Source: Malacoraja senta
Taxonomy: Eukaryota
DNA length: 64,000 nt
NCBI GenBank assembly: GCA_038087875.1
Contig: CM075988.1
Coordinates: 6,014,001-6,078,000 of the forward strand
Direction of reading: 5' to 3'
Below, in pieces: positions 26,142 through 38,294 of the stretch. The position numbers and the translations under genes were made by a program. The notes under the pieces were generated by a model that had not been told where the DNA came from, did no database searches, and was given only the letters and a program-made list of their open reading frames with translations. The stretch's first letter is position 1. Each line of letters starts with the position of its first letter.

Positions 26142-27139
26142 GTAAGAACTGGAAGTGCAACCTGTCTGTTCCTAACACCGCAGTTACGAATTGTGTTTTA
26201 ATGTCAAAGAGCAATACTTTACAATTGAAGATAGACACAAAAAGCTAGAGTAACTCAACGGGACAGGCATCCGAAAGGTCACCCATTCCTTCTCTCCAGA
26301 GATGCTGCCTGTCCCGCTGAGTTACTCCAGCTTTTTGTGTCTATCTTCGGTTTAAACCAGCATCTGCAGTTCCTTCCCACACAATACTTTACAATTGGAC
26401 TGGTTGGTTTCAAAATGTGTAGGAAGTAACTACAGCGGTTGGTTTACACCAAAGATAGACACAAAATGCTGGAGTAAGTCAATGGGTCAGGTAGCATCTC
26501 TGGAGAGAAGGAATAGGTAAGGCTTCGGGTCTAGACCCAAGTGCCTGAAGAAATATCTCGATCCAAATCATCGCCTACTCCTTTTCTCCAGCGATGCTGC
26601 CTGACCCGCTGAGTTACTCCAGCAATTTGTACCTATCTATGGTTGGTTTTAATCTGGTAAGGAAGTACTGTTGCAGGAGGATGTTCGGCTAAGCATTTCT
26701 GACCGTGTTTCAAACAAAATGTTTCGTTTAGTATATTATTATTGTCACGTGTACTGTCGTACAGTGAATGTGTTTTTTTGTACTTGTAAAGTCCGATTAA
26801 GATAGTCTGAGGATCTCCAATGAGGTAGACGGTCGGTCAGGACTGCATTCTAGTTGGTGACAGGATGGTTCAGTTGCCTGATAAACAGCTGGGGAATGGG
26901 TATGATCATCCCAAATTACTTAATTCATGAAAACTGCCTGTAGCTTGGGTAAAGCAGTAGCCTTCGTTCCTGGGAAAAAAATTCCAGGTTGGATTCTAGT
27001 CCAGGTTTCTCATTGTAAAGACTCTGTGAAAGAGACCAGAGCGAAAGCAGATCAGAGATAAAAATATCTCTCTTCCGCTGGAAGATTGAATGGAACAGAT
27101 TCTCCGACAATGGTAGAAAAAACTTTGATATGAGCAGGA

Positions 27140-27517
27140 CTTCGTGCAACTGGCTACTGCAGGAGAGGCTGAGTCAAATTGGTCCATTTGAAGGGAGGCT
27201 AGATAATTATTTTAAGTGTTAACTATAGAAGGTTTACAAAAAAAAACATAACTCAGGGGGACAAGCAGCATCTCTGAAAAACGATGGGTGATGTTTTGGG
27301 TCGAGAGCCTCTGCAGACTGAAAGTAGATACCAAGACGAAATGTCACCTATCCATGTTCTCCGGAGATGCTGCCTGACCCGCTGAGTTACTCCAGCATTT
27401 TATGGGGGGGGTTTTGTAAACCTTCTATAATTAACCCTTAAAATAATGATCTGTCCTCCCTTCAAATGGACCAACATATTTGACTCAGCCTCTCCTGCAG
27501 TAGCCAGTTGTATGAAG
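27140..27517. repeat. Inverted repeat of about 380 bp: unique arms around a Penelope foldback
   Basis: 27140-27241 is the reverse complement of 27412-27517, with a few mismatches and one 4-bp indel. Confidence 0.9.
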
Positions 27518-27917
27518 TATCTTTGGTACAAAGCAGTTATATTGCAGTTCCTAGTTTCTACATGGATAGGTAATGTTTCAGATTGGGACCCTTCTTCAGA
27601 CTGATTGAAACTGGTTAATGCTGCCGGACCCTTTGAGTTACTTCAGCACTTTGTTTTTTTGTGTGAACCAGTATGGGAATTCTATGAAGAGAATGGCTGG
27701 GCAAGTTACAACCCCAGTGTTGATGTCCCCCTTGCCTACATGTCCCCCACCCCCCCATGCTCCCACCCACCCACAACAAGCAATAACGTCAGAATTCAGT
27801 GACAGTATTGCAGGAAAAAAAGACACATAGGAGAATATGTATAGGTGACATTTCAGGTCGGGACTTTTCTTCGGGTCTGAGGAAGGTTCCCGACATCACT
27901 ATCCATGTTCTCCAGCC

Positions 27918-28751
27918 GTGCAGTATAATGTGGATAAATGTGAGGTTATCCATTTTGGTGGCAAAAACAGGAAAGCAGACTATTATCTAAATGGTGGCCG
28001 ACTAGGAAAAGGGGAGATGCAGCGAGACCTGGGTGTCATGGTACACCAGTCATTGAAAGTAGGCATGCAGGTGCAGCAGGCAGTGAAGAAAGCGAATGGT
28101 ATGTTAGCTTTCATAGCAAAAGGATTTGAGTATAGAAGCAGGGAGGTTCTACTGCAGTTGTACAGGGTCTTGGTGAGACCACACCTGGAGTATTGCGTAC
28201 AGTTTTGGTCTCCAAATCTGAGGAAGGACATTATTGCCATAGAGGGAGTGCAGAGAAGGTTCACCAGACTGATTCCTGGGATGTCAGGACTGTCTTATGA
28301 AGAAAGACTGGATAGACTTGGTTTATACTCTCTAGAATTTAGGAGATTGAGAGGGGATCTTATAGAAACTTACAAAATTCTTAAGGGGTTGGACAGGCTA
28401 GATGCAGGAAGATTGCTCCCGATGTTGGGGAAGTCCAGGACAAGGGGTCACAGCTTAAGGATAAGGGGGAAATCCTTTAAAACCGAGATGAGAAGAACTT
28501 TTTTCACACAGAGAGTGGTGAATCTCTGGAACTCTCTGCCACAGAGGGTAGTCGAGGCCAGTTCATTGGCTATATTTAAGAGGGAGTTAGATGTGGCCCT
28601 TGTGGCTAAAGGGATCAGAGGGTATGGAGAGAAGGCAGGTACGGGATACTGAGTTGGATGATCAGCCATGATCATATTGAATGGCGGTGCAGGCTCGAAG
28701 GGCCGAATGGCCTACTCCTGCACCTAATTTCTATGTTTCTATATTTCTATG
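27918..28751 (+). mobile_element. CR1 LINE 3' fragment, same family, in VSIG10L2 intron 1
   Basis: The 244-aa ORF is nearly identical to the C-terminus of the 8373-10667 ORF. TTCTATGT tail. It interrupts a Penelope terminal fragment. Confidence 0.92.
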
Positions 28752-28850
28752 TGCTGCCTGACTTGCGGTGTTACTCCAGCACTTTGTGTCTTTAAAAAAA
28801 AAAAAACATCCACAGTTTCTTGCATCTAGTGTTACAAGATATGGGATTGT

Positions 28851-29036
28851 AAGGTTTCAAAAGTTTCAAAGGTCTTTTATTGTCACGTGTACCAATTAAG
28901 GTACAGTGATATTCGAATTACCGTACAGCCATACTAAAAAACAGCAACAAGACACACAACTACATAAAAGTTCACATAAACATCCACCACAGTGGATTCC
29001 CCACATTCCTCACTGTGATGGAAGGCAATGAAGTCT
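28851..29036 (-). mobile_element. 3' fragment of the GC-rich retroposon family, copy D
   Basis: Minus strand reads TGCCTTCCATCACAG...CTGTGGTGGATGTT, then GTGACAATAAA and a (TTTGAAAC)-like tail. Confidence 0.6.
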
Positions 29037-30437
29037 AATCTATTGTGTAAGTCTGCCGTGAAAGTCTTTTAGGAGTTTATAGGTTTAACTTGCTATCCTT
29101 GATCATAATCTAAGGTGACAGGCAGGTACCAAGGAGGTATTGTGGTGTTGGGGGTGTGTGCTTTGGGCAGGATATCAAACCTGCTTAAGTGTATATATAA
29201 GTTACATGACAAAACATAAAGAACAGTGGCAAGTTTACTCGAAGAGCTGGCTGATCATATCTCTCAACCAAACCACAGAACTAGCTTGTTAAAGAAGGAA
29301 CTGCAGATGCTGGAAAATCGAAGGTACACAAACTAGCTTGACTGCTCGCTCTCTCAGCTGTCTGCAGGATCTCACTGAGGATGGGTATTGGTTCTGTTCA
29401 TCAGTAGAATGGAACTCATCACAGTTCAAAGTGATTATATGTGAGGAAAATTTAAAATGTCCATTTGTGATGCAGTGAGGCGTTATGTAAATACAAGCCT
29501 GACTGAAGAATGCGTCTGTGACGTGGGGTTACACATTGACTTTTCTCCTTCTACCTGACACTGTTGACTGCCACAACTTTCCATGTTCAGCACCGCTCCC
29601 AGTTTGCATCGATGGAGGTTGGCCACATCTAGAAGTGGTGCAAGTCTGAGTCTCTGCTTGAAGTGTGGAATCATCTGCTTAACAATCTGGTGTTCCCCTT
29701 GGCCAAGCCCTTGCGCTAATCCCGCCTTCCATGACCACATTCTCAGTCCATGGCAGCCTTCTCCTCTTTCATAGCTTTTCCATGCACCCTACCCTCTGCT
29801 TCTCTGCTCTAACACCATCTCCAACCATTACTTCTTCCTTTACTTGGACCAGGGATATGAATTTTGATTTCTCTAACTTCAAGTAACCCCTGCATTCCCT
29901 CTCTCCCCATCCCTCCCCCACCCAAGTCACACCAGCTTTCGTTCACACCCAGCTACAGCTAACAATGGCCTGTTTCCTTTATCATTGTTACTTTTTTGCA
30001 TATCTTTCATCCACCTGCTCTACAACATCGTCTATATCCCTCGTTTCCCTTTCCCGTGCCTTTCAGTCTGAAGAAAGGTCTCAACCCGAAACATCACCCA
30101 TTCCTTCTCTCCAGAGATGCTGTCTGACCCGATGAGTTACTCCAGCATTTTGTGTCTATCTTTGGCCATTACCACCTTCTTTATCCTTATACAGTAGCTC
30201 CATCTCTTCTGTACTTTCCTCCCCATTTCTCACCCTCTGAAAAAGATGACATCTCCTGCACCTGGAAGATTAGTCAAGAGTGTTTTATTGTCATATGTCC
30301 CAGATAGAACAATGACATTCTTACTGAAGAACTGAAATGCTATTTGTTCCTCTCTCCACCAACAGTGTTGGTTTATTTAGTCCTAGAGCTCTCTGCCGTT
30401 TACTTGTTCACTTAACTTGTTTTCCTTTCCAATCCAG

Positions 30438-30791
30438 GGTTGATGATCTTGGATCCGGAGGAGGTCACGTACATTGAGGCCGAGGTGAAAGGGGTCATAG
30501 GTCGATCTGTGGTGTTGGAATGCGGCCAGTCCTTGCCCACTATTTACATCTGGGGCTTCACCCGGCCTGGGTCCAGTGGCATCCGAGCCGTGCTGTATGA
30601 CTACGGGATGGGCGCCAAACTGCAGAAGATGGCTTCCGTGTTCGGTGAGGTGAAAGTGCTCTCCGACAGTGCGTCGCTGGTCATAGGCAATCTGCAGCTG
30701 GCAGCAGAGGGCCGCTTCACGTGTCAAAGCTTGTACGACAGCAACGATGGAGCCAGGCTGGTGTACATCTATGTGGATGTGCACGTCCTTG
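30438..30791 (+). CDS. VSIG10L2: VSIG10L2-like exon 2, N-terminal V-type Ig domain
   Basis: Acceptor tttcctttccaatccag, donor G|GTGAGT. Peptide SVVLEC...IYIWGF...ASLVIGNLQLAAEGRFTC has the Ig Cys/Trp pattern. Confidence 0.85.
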
Positions 30792-32194
30792 GTGAGTTTG
30801 AGATTTGAATCTGGGAGGCAGTGCAAGCCCAGTCCAGTACATTGTGCGTGATTGAGTTTTGCTGTACTTTTCTCACCAGGATGCAGATATGCATGCTCAC
30901 ATTTATTAGAGCTGCTGCCTCACAGTGCCAGAGACCCAGACTCGATCCTGACCTCGGGTGCTGTCTGAGTGGAGATTGAACGTTCTCCCTGTGTGTGTGT
31001 GTTTCCTTGGGTGCTCCGGTTTCCTCCCACATCGCAAAGATGTGCAGGTTTGTAGGTTAATTGGCCTTCTGTGAACTGCCCTCAGTGTGTATGGAATGGA
31101 TGCAAATGTGGGATAACATAGAGCTAGTGTAAACGGGAGATCGTGATGGTTGACGTGGACTCGGTGGGATGGAGAGCCTGTTTCCATCCCTGTGTCTTTC
31201 AACCGATTAAGCAATCAAGCTGGATTAGACATGACAGAAAATAAGAATCTCCAATTATATTCAGCAACATATTGTTAAGCAGATTGTTCATCTGCAATTC
31301 TCTCTGGGGTGACTGACGGTGAGTTGGATGGCTTTGTCAGGACTATTGTACTTAGGAAATAAAATTATAAAGAGCCGAGGCAAGTAGGAAGGAACCAAGG
31401 ATAAAATACATTGGTAGAAAGAATAACGAGGTGGGAATGAAGAAATATTGTTTCACCTGGATGGTGAGATGAATCTGGAACTCACTGCTGAACGAAAGGT
31501 GGAGACCAAACTCTTTCCGCCTTTATAAAAAGCCAGAGACAAAAGGCAACATTTATGAGGGGTTTTGCCATTTTGATGACGAAAGATGAGAGGATGCTGA
31601 AAGGAGATTTAATCGAGGCAAATAAATGCTGGAAGGTAAAACGAAAACAAAACACTAGAGGAATTAGCAGTCACGCAGCAGCAGTGGAGGCAAAAGTTGC
31701 AAGTTGACTTAGTTTGACTTAGATACAGTGTGGAAGCAGGCCCTTCGGTCCACCAAGTCTGCGCCGACCAATGATCACCCATACGCTAGTTCTATCCTAC
31801 ACACAAACTTGCATGTCTTTGGGATGTGGGAGGAAACTGGAACACCTGGAGAAAACCCACAAGGTCACAGGGAGAACCTGCAAACTCCACACAAACAGCA
31901 CCAGTGCCAGGATCGAGCCCAGGTCTCTTGCACTGTAAGAGCGGCATTGTGCCACTCATTGACGGTTTGAGTTAAGACCCTTTATCAACACTGGAATTAT
32001 GCTGTGTTTCTCCAGTGTATTGTTTGAGAAAAGTTAGACGTGTGTTTGAAGAACCATGGATTTCAGGGCTATGGTACTGGTGCTGGAAGGTGGCATTTGG
32101 TTGGGGTAGTTCTTATTAGACTGGCACGGAATTCATGGGCTGAATAGCTTCCTTTTGAGTTGTAATGTTTCTACGATTCAGAAAGCAATCCAGC

Positions 32195-32640
32195 AGTTCA
32201 GTTTAGTTTATTCTCACATGTACCGAGGTACAGTGAAAAGTTTTTGTTGCGTGTTAACCAGCGGAAAGACAATACCTGATTACAATCGAGCCATTCACAG
32301 TGTACAGATACATGATAAGGGAATACGGTTTAGTGTAAGGTAAAGCCAGCAAAGGTCAATCATAGATAGTCCGAGGGTCACCAAGCAGGTAGATAGTAGT
32401 TCAGGACCGCTCTCTAGTTGTGGTAGGATGGCTCAGTTGCCTGATAACAGCTGGGAAGAAACTGCTTCTGAATCGGGAGGTGTGCGTTTTCACACTTCTA
32501 CACCAATTGCCCGATGGGAGAGGGGAGAAGAGGGAGTGACCAGGGTGTGACTCGTCCTTGATTATGCTGCTGGCCTTGCCGAGGAGGCGTGAGGTGCAAG
32601 TGGAGTCAATGGAAGGAAGGTTGGATTGTGTACAGCACAC
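32195..32640 (-). mobile_element. Rex1 3' fragment
   Basis: KASSIIKDESHPGHSLFSPLPSG...SFFPAVIR. Confidence 0.8.
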
Positions 32641-32774
32641 CTTAGAGTTTATACCCCAAGCCTTTCTGACGAATTTCCCTCCGGGGATGAATTAAGTTTT
32701 ATCGTATCGTATTGTATTGTCCACGTGACAATAATAAACTGAGCTACACTAACTGAACCATGGACAAGAGGATT

Positions 32775-33056
32775 AGGCCTGTCCCACTTTCACGACCTAA
32801 TTCACGGCCTTTTTTACTCATGGACATTTTTCATCAGGCTAGAAAAAACGCCCCGACCTACTTGATGCCACGAGTACCTACGACTAGCATCACGGCCTGC
32901 TACGACCTACCTACGACCTCCCACGACCTCCCATGACCTCCCACGACCTCCTACGACCTCCTACGACCTCATGACGACCTCATGACGACCATGCTGCGAG
33001 TCAAGGGTAAACTCGGCAGAGGTCGCGAATTAGGTCGTGAAAATGGGACATGCCCT
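32775..33056. mobile_element. PIF/Harbinger-type MITE
   Basis: TIR GGCCTGTCCCACTTTCACGACCTAATTC / GAATTAGGTCGTGAAAATGGGACATGCCC; internal ACGACCTC repeats. Confidence 0.75.
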
Positions 33057-33204
33057 AGTGTTCGACTTCATGAACTGGACCAAGACCACATAATCTCACT
33101 TTCCAAGCGACGGTTTCAGTCAGGGGGTAGGAGGGGTTGTTGAATTGAAGTGAAAATATCCGTGCTACTTTTGTGGAATTGACCATGTTTCTTTAACTCC
33201 ACAG

Positions 33205-33483
33205 TTCCAATTACCAACCCGTCCATTCAGATGAGCACCTCGGCGCCAGTGGAAGGCTCCACGGTTTCAATCCAGTGTTCTGTGGAGAATGGGACTGGGC
33301 CACTGGAGTACACATGGAGCAGGCAGGCCACTCTGTCCAGGAGCCCCGTCAACATCTCCCAGACAGACAGCAGCCTGCTCAACCTCACCACGGTAAACAG
33401 GAACCACACCGGCTGGTACACCTGCTCTGCCAGGAACGAGGTGAATGAGGCCACCAGCAACCGGGTCTGGCTCGACGTCATCT
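33205..33483 (+). CDS. VSIG10L2: VSIG10L2-like exon 3, Ig domain
   Basis: ccacag|TTCCA...ATCT|GTGAGT. Peptide VSIQC...YTW...HTGWYTC; phase 1-1. Confidence 0.88.
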
Positions 33484-33704
33484 GTGAGTCCCCATCAGTA
33501 CTCGGACAGCAGGACTTATTGACCTGTGCAGTTGAAGATCATAAGGTCATGAATGATTGGAGCAGAATTAGGCCATTCGGCCCATCAAGTCTACTCCGCC
33601 ATTCAATCATGGCTGATCCATCTCTCCCTCCTAACCCCATTCTAATGCCTTCTCCCCATAACCTCTGACAAGAGCTCCTGGTGGGTCGAGATGTTCTGAA
33701 AGTC

Positions 33705-34340
33705 AGTTTAGTTTGGTTTGGAGATAGAGCGTGGAAACAGGCCCTCTGGCCCCCACGGCCCAGTTCATGCCGACCAGCGATCACCCATGCACTAGTTCTA
33801 CCCTACACACTAGGGACAATTTACAGAAGCCAAACCTACAAACCAGCACTTCATTAGAGTGTGGAAGGAAACTGGAGCACCAATACAAATTCCACGCGGT
33901 GACAGGGAGAACATGCAAACTCCATACGGACAGCATTCAAAGTCACAAGTCCTGGAAAAATGACTCACCCCTCATGTTTAGTGAGGCACAGTGGTGCAGC
34001 TGGTAAAGCTGCTGCCTCGCAGCACCAGAGACCAGTGTTTGATCCTGAACTCGGGTGCTGTCTGTGTGGAGTTTGCACGTTCACCCTGTGAACCGGGTGG
34101 GTTTCCTCTGGTTGACTCTGTTTACTCCCACATCCCAAAGACATGCGGGTTTGTAGGTTAATTGGTTGCTGTAAATTTCCCCTAGTATGTCGGGAGTGGA
34201 TAAGAACACACTGTGTGTGTGTTAACTAGTGTGGATAGATACAAAGTGCTGGAGTAACTCACTAGGGCAGGCAGCATCTCTGGAGAAAAAGGACAATTGA
34301 CATTTTGGGTTTGCACCCTTCTTCATGGCACTAGTGTGAA
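33705..34340. mobile_element. Head-to-head HE1/V-SINE pair (33705-33935 minus, 33985-34340 plus)
   Basis: SINE motifs on opposite strands about 50 bp apart. The plus copy carries a Penelope fragment with TSD ACTAGTGTG. Confidence 0.75.
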
Positions 34341-35064
34341 TGGGTGATTGTTTATGAGATATTCAGAATCGTTTATCCAAGGTGGGAATGTCAAGGACTA
34401 GAGGGCATAGATTTAAGGTGAGAGGGGCCAAGTTTAATGGAGGTATGCGGGGTTTTTTACACAGTGAGTGGTGGGTGCTTGGAACAGGCAGATACGATAG
34501 TGGCATTTAAAAGGCTTTTAGATTAGCATGGAATGGAGGGACATGGACCATGTGCAGATAAAATGAGATTAGTATATCATGGCATCATGTTCGGCACAGC
34601 CATTGTGGGCCGAAGGGCCTGTTCCTGCACTGTATTTTTCTATGTTCTATGATTTTAGTTGATTTTACTATAATTCAAAGTTTTTAATTAGTATTTCATT
34701 TGTGTAATTACGTATTACTTTTCATTCATTAGAAGGGCCTGTTTCAGCGCTGTATCTCTAAATTAGATCATTTATTAGATAATTTTTATATTTTAAATTA
34801 TTTGAATAGTTCCTAAATGCAAAAAGTCCAAGAAGTCTTTTCAAGCCTGACGTGTTAGGTTGGGATCAGCTTGTTCAGTTCTCTGCTACTGGAGGATGGG
34901 AGTGCGTGCAGGCGGGCTGGGAACTCAAGAAGCTAACCTGGGCTGTAGGCCTGGTCCTTGAATAATCCACTTCACTCCCGATCAGCTGTAGTTGAGGCCT
35001 TAATGTCATAAATCTAGGGATTCCTACGCCAGAAATATGTGAGGCAATATTAGTCAGTGTCTCA

Positions 35065-35720
35065 GTTTAGTAATTTAGTTTAGTTTCGAAAATCAGTGTG
35101 GAAACAGGCCTTTCGGCCCACTGAGTCTGCACCGACCAGCAATCCCCGCACATTATCACTACCCTACACACACTATGGACAATTTTACATTTATCCCAAG
35201 CATGTTTTTGGTGTGTGGGAGGAAACCGAAGATCTCGAAGAAAACCCACGCAGGTCACGGAGAGAAGGTACAAACTCGGTACAGACAGCACCCGTAGTCA
35301 GGATCAAACCCAGGTCTCTCGCACTGTAAGGCAGTAGTTCTACCCCTGCACCACCAGTACTGAGGGAGCACAGCACAGTCAGAAGTGCATCTGTTTGAAT
35401 GGGATGGTAAGAGTTTGGTTTAGTTTAGTTTAGAGATACAGCGTGGAAACAGGCCCATCGGCTGACCGAGTCTGCGCTGACCAGCGATCCCCATACACTG
35501 ATTATATCCTACACAATAAGGACAATTTACAGAAGCTAATTAACCTACAAACATGCACGTCTTTGGAATATGGGAGAAAACCGGAACACCAGGAGAAATC
35601 CCACGTGGGTCACAGGGAGAACATACAAACTCCAAAGAGACAGCACCCATAGTCAGGATCGAACCTGGGTCTCTGGCGCTGTAAGGCAGCAACTCTACCG
35701 CTGCACCACCATGCCGCCCC
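35065..35720 (-). mobile_element. Two tandem HE1/V-SINEs
   Basis: Each starts with (AGTTT)n and ends with the complement of the tRNA head. Confidence 0.8.
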
Positions 35721-36625
35721 TAAGAGGGCCACATTTTATTTCTCATTTGGATGTAAAAGATTCCATGGCATTATTTGATGAACAACAAAGGTTTCACTCA
35801 CTGACAAGAACATTACATGTCATTTTAGTATGAGTATGAAGGAGAATGTTATTAGTAATGGGTGCCACATTTTCTATTGTAGAACAGTGTCTGTTTCTTC
35901 ACTGATGCATTGAGGACTATCCTTCAGTGCTAAAGCTATTGGACCAATTCCATAATCGTTGTGTAGAAACTAAGAACTGTTGATTCTGGCTTACACGAAA
36001 GATAGACACAAAGTGCTGGAGTAACTCAGCGGGTCAGTCAGAATCTCTGACGAACATGTACAGTTGATGCTGTGGGTCGGAACCCTTCTTCAGACTGAAA
36101 GAAGGGGATGGGGTGGTGGAGGGTGGGGGAGGGATGGATGATGAGCTGGAGATGAGAAAAGACCAGGAACTATCAGGGCTGGCCACAAATGAACTCCGGC
36201 AGATGACAGTGGTCCTGTCCCCCAATGGTCTCTGTGGAAGGCGGGAAGGGGTGATGATAGAAAGATGTGATTAGGTGGTGACGGAAATGTCGGAGGAAAA
36301 TGTGTTGGATGCAGAAGCTGGTGGAGTGAATGGTGAGGATCGGGGAACTATGTCCTTGTTGCATCTGGGGGGAGGGGGAGCAAGACCAGAACTATGGAAC
36401 ACAGAGAAGACAGGTGTGAGGGCCCCATCCATGACAGAAGGGGGCATCCAACATTCCCTGAAGAATAAGGACATCTCAGATGACGTCACCTATCCTGTGT
36501 GATTTATCTTCCATGACCTCTGATCCTGGTTGATAAGACTAATGGAAATAATTACCACCTGCCTGCAAACAGCACTATTACCAATATGCAATATTGATCA
36601 ATAATTCAATAATAATCAATAACAA

Positions 36626-36910
36626 GGGTGGCACGGTAGTGCAGCAGTGGAGTTGCTGCCTTACAGTGCTAGAGACCCGGGTTCGATCATGACTACGGGT
36701 GCTTGTCTGTACGGAGTTTGTACCTTCTCCCCATGACCTGCATGGGTTATCTCCAAGAACTTTGGTTTCCTCCCACACACCAAAGACATACAGGTTTGCA
36801 GGTTAATTGCCTTGGTATAAATGTAAAAATTGTCCCTAGTGTAGGATCGCTGATGTGTAGACTGAGTGGGCTGAAGGGCCTCTTTCCACACTGTGTCTCT
36901 AAACTAAGCT
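36626..36910 (+). mobile_element. HE1/V-SINE
   Basis: Same head, V-domain and tail motifs. Confidence 0.8.
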
Positions 36911-37195
36911 AAAAGAAATTCATGATAGACACAAAATGCTCGTGTAACTCAGTGGGACCGGCAGCATCTCTGGGTAGAAGGAATGGATGACGTTTTGGGT
37001 CAAGACCCTTCTTCAGTCTGTTTGTAATTAGGGCTTCTATGCTGGGAAAGGATATGGACATTGCTTTACTTTTGGTGGAGTTTACAGTGACTGCATTGTT
37101 GGTGTGGTGCCAGTGCTTTGAGGTGCCTGGTGTAGAAGGCCAAATGGAAGATGTGTGTAACCACGCAAGGATCACGGCTGCCCATTGAAACTTTG

Positions 37196-37957
37196 TGTAG
37201 GAAAGACCTGCAGATGCTGGTTTAATCGAAGGTAGACACAATATACTGGAGTAACTAAGCGGGACAGGCAGCATCTCTGGAGAGAAGGAATGGGTGGCAT
37301 TTCATGTTGGGACCCTTCTTCAGACTGATGTCAGGGGAGTGGGCAGTACAGAGATAGTCAGAGACAGTAAGACTAGTCAGAGAACTGGGAAGGGGGAGAG
37401 AACGGGGAGAGTGGGAAAGCAAAGGCTACTTGGGTGGGGTGTAAGCTGCCCAAGCGATATATGAGGTACTGTTCCTCCAATTTGCGCTGGGCCTCACTGA
37501 CAATGGAGGAGGCCCAGGACAGAAAGGTCAGATTGGGAATGGGAGGGGAGTTAAAGTGTTAAGCAACCGGGAGATCAGGTACGTTTAGGCGGACTGAGCA
37601 GAGGTGTTCAGTGAAACGATCGCCGAGCTTGCGCTTGGTCTCGCCGATGTACAGGAGTCCACACCTGGAACAGCAGATACAGTAGATGAGTTTGGAGGAG
37701 GTGCAAGCGAACCTCTGCCTCACCTGAAAAGACTGTCGGGGTCGAGGGTGGAGGTATAGGGACAGGTGTTGAATCTCCTGCAGTTGCAGGGAAAAGTACC
37801 TGGGGAGGGGGTGGTTTGGGTGGGAAGGGACAAGTCGACAAGGGAGTTGCAGAGGGAACGGTCTCTGCGGAAAGCGGAACGGGGTGGAGATGGGAAGATG
37901 TAGCTAATAGTGGGATCCCATTGGAGGTGGCGAACGTGTTGGAGGATCATGTGCTGT
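37196..37957 (-). mobile_element. Penelope-like 3' fragment (GIY-YIG, frameshifted)
   Basis: Homologous to 59166-59750 (PSPGTFPCN...). Terminal repeat at 37196-37330. Confidence 0.85.
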
Positions 37958-38018
37958 AAAAAAAATTCATCACTGTCTTGCTCTTGAACTGATGGTGGCT
38001 CACCCTGTTATTTTCCAG

Positions 38019-38294
38019 ATGGACCCGATCAGCCAGCCATCAACATAACTCCCTACTCTCTCAATTCAGTCGGTTACTCAGCCATTGAGCAAGACACCGT
38101 GTCTATGATCTGTTCAGCCCCTTCCAACCCACCCAGCCAGTACGTGTGGTTCCACAACAACTCACAGGTCTACGCCGGGCAGCAGTTTATCATCGAGAGG
38201 ATCTCCCAAAGTCAGACGGGGACGTACATGTGCCTTGCCCACAACACAGTCCTCAACACCAGAACTAAGTCCGCCATCCTACTCACTGTCTACT
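38019..38294 (+). CDS. VSIG10L2: VSIG10L2-like exon 4, Ig domain
   Basis: ttttccag|ATGGACCCGAT (YGPDQP) to TACT|GTGAGT. Peptide CSAPSNPPSQYVW...QTGTYMC. Confidence 0.88.

Noticed and set aside
29191..29200. TATA box or alternative first exon
   Set aside because: No signal-peptide exon with a phase-1 donor follows; 26069-26141 fits better.
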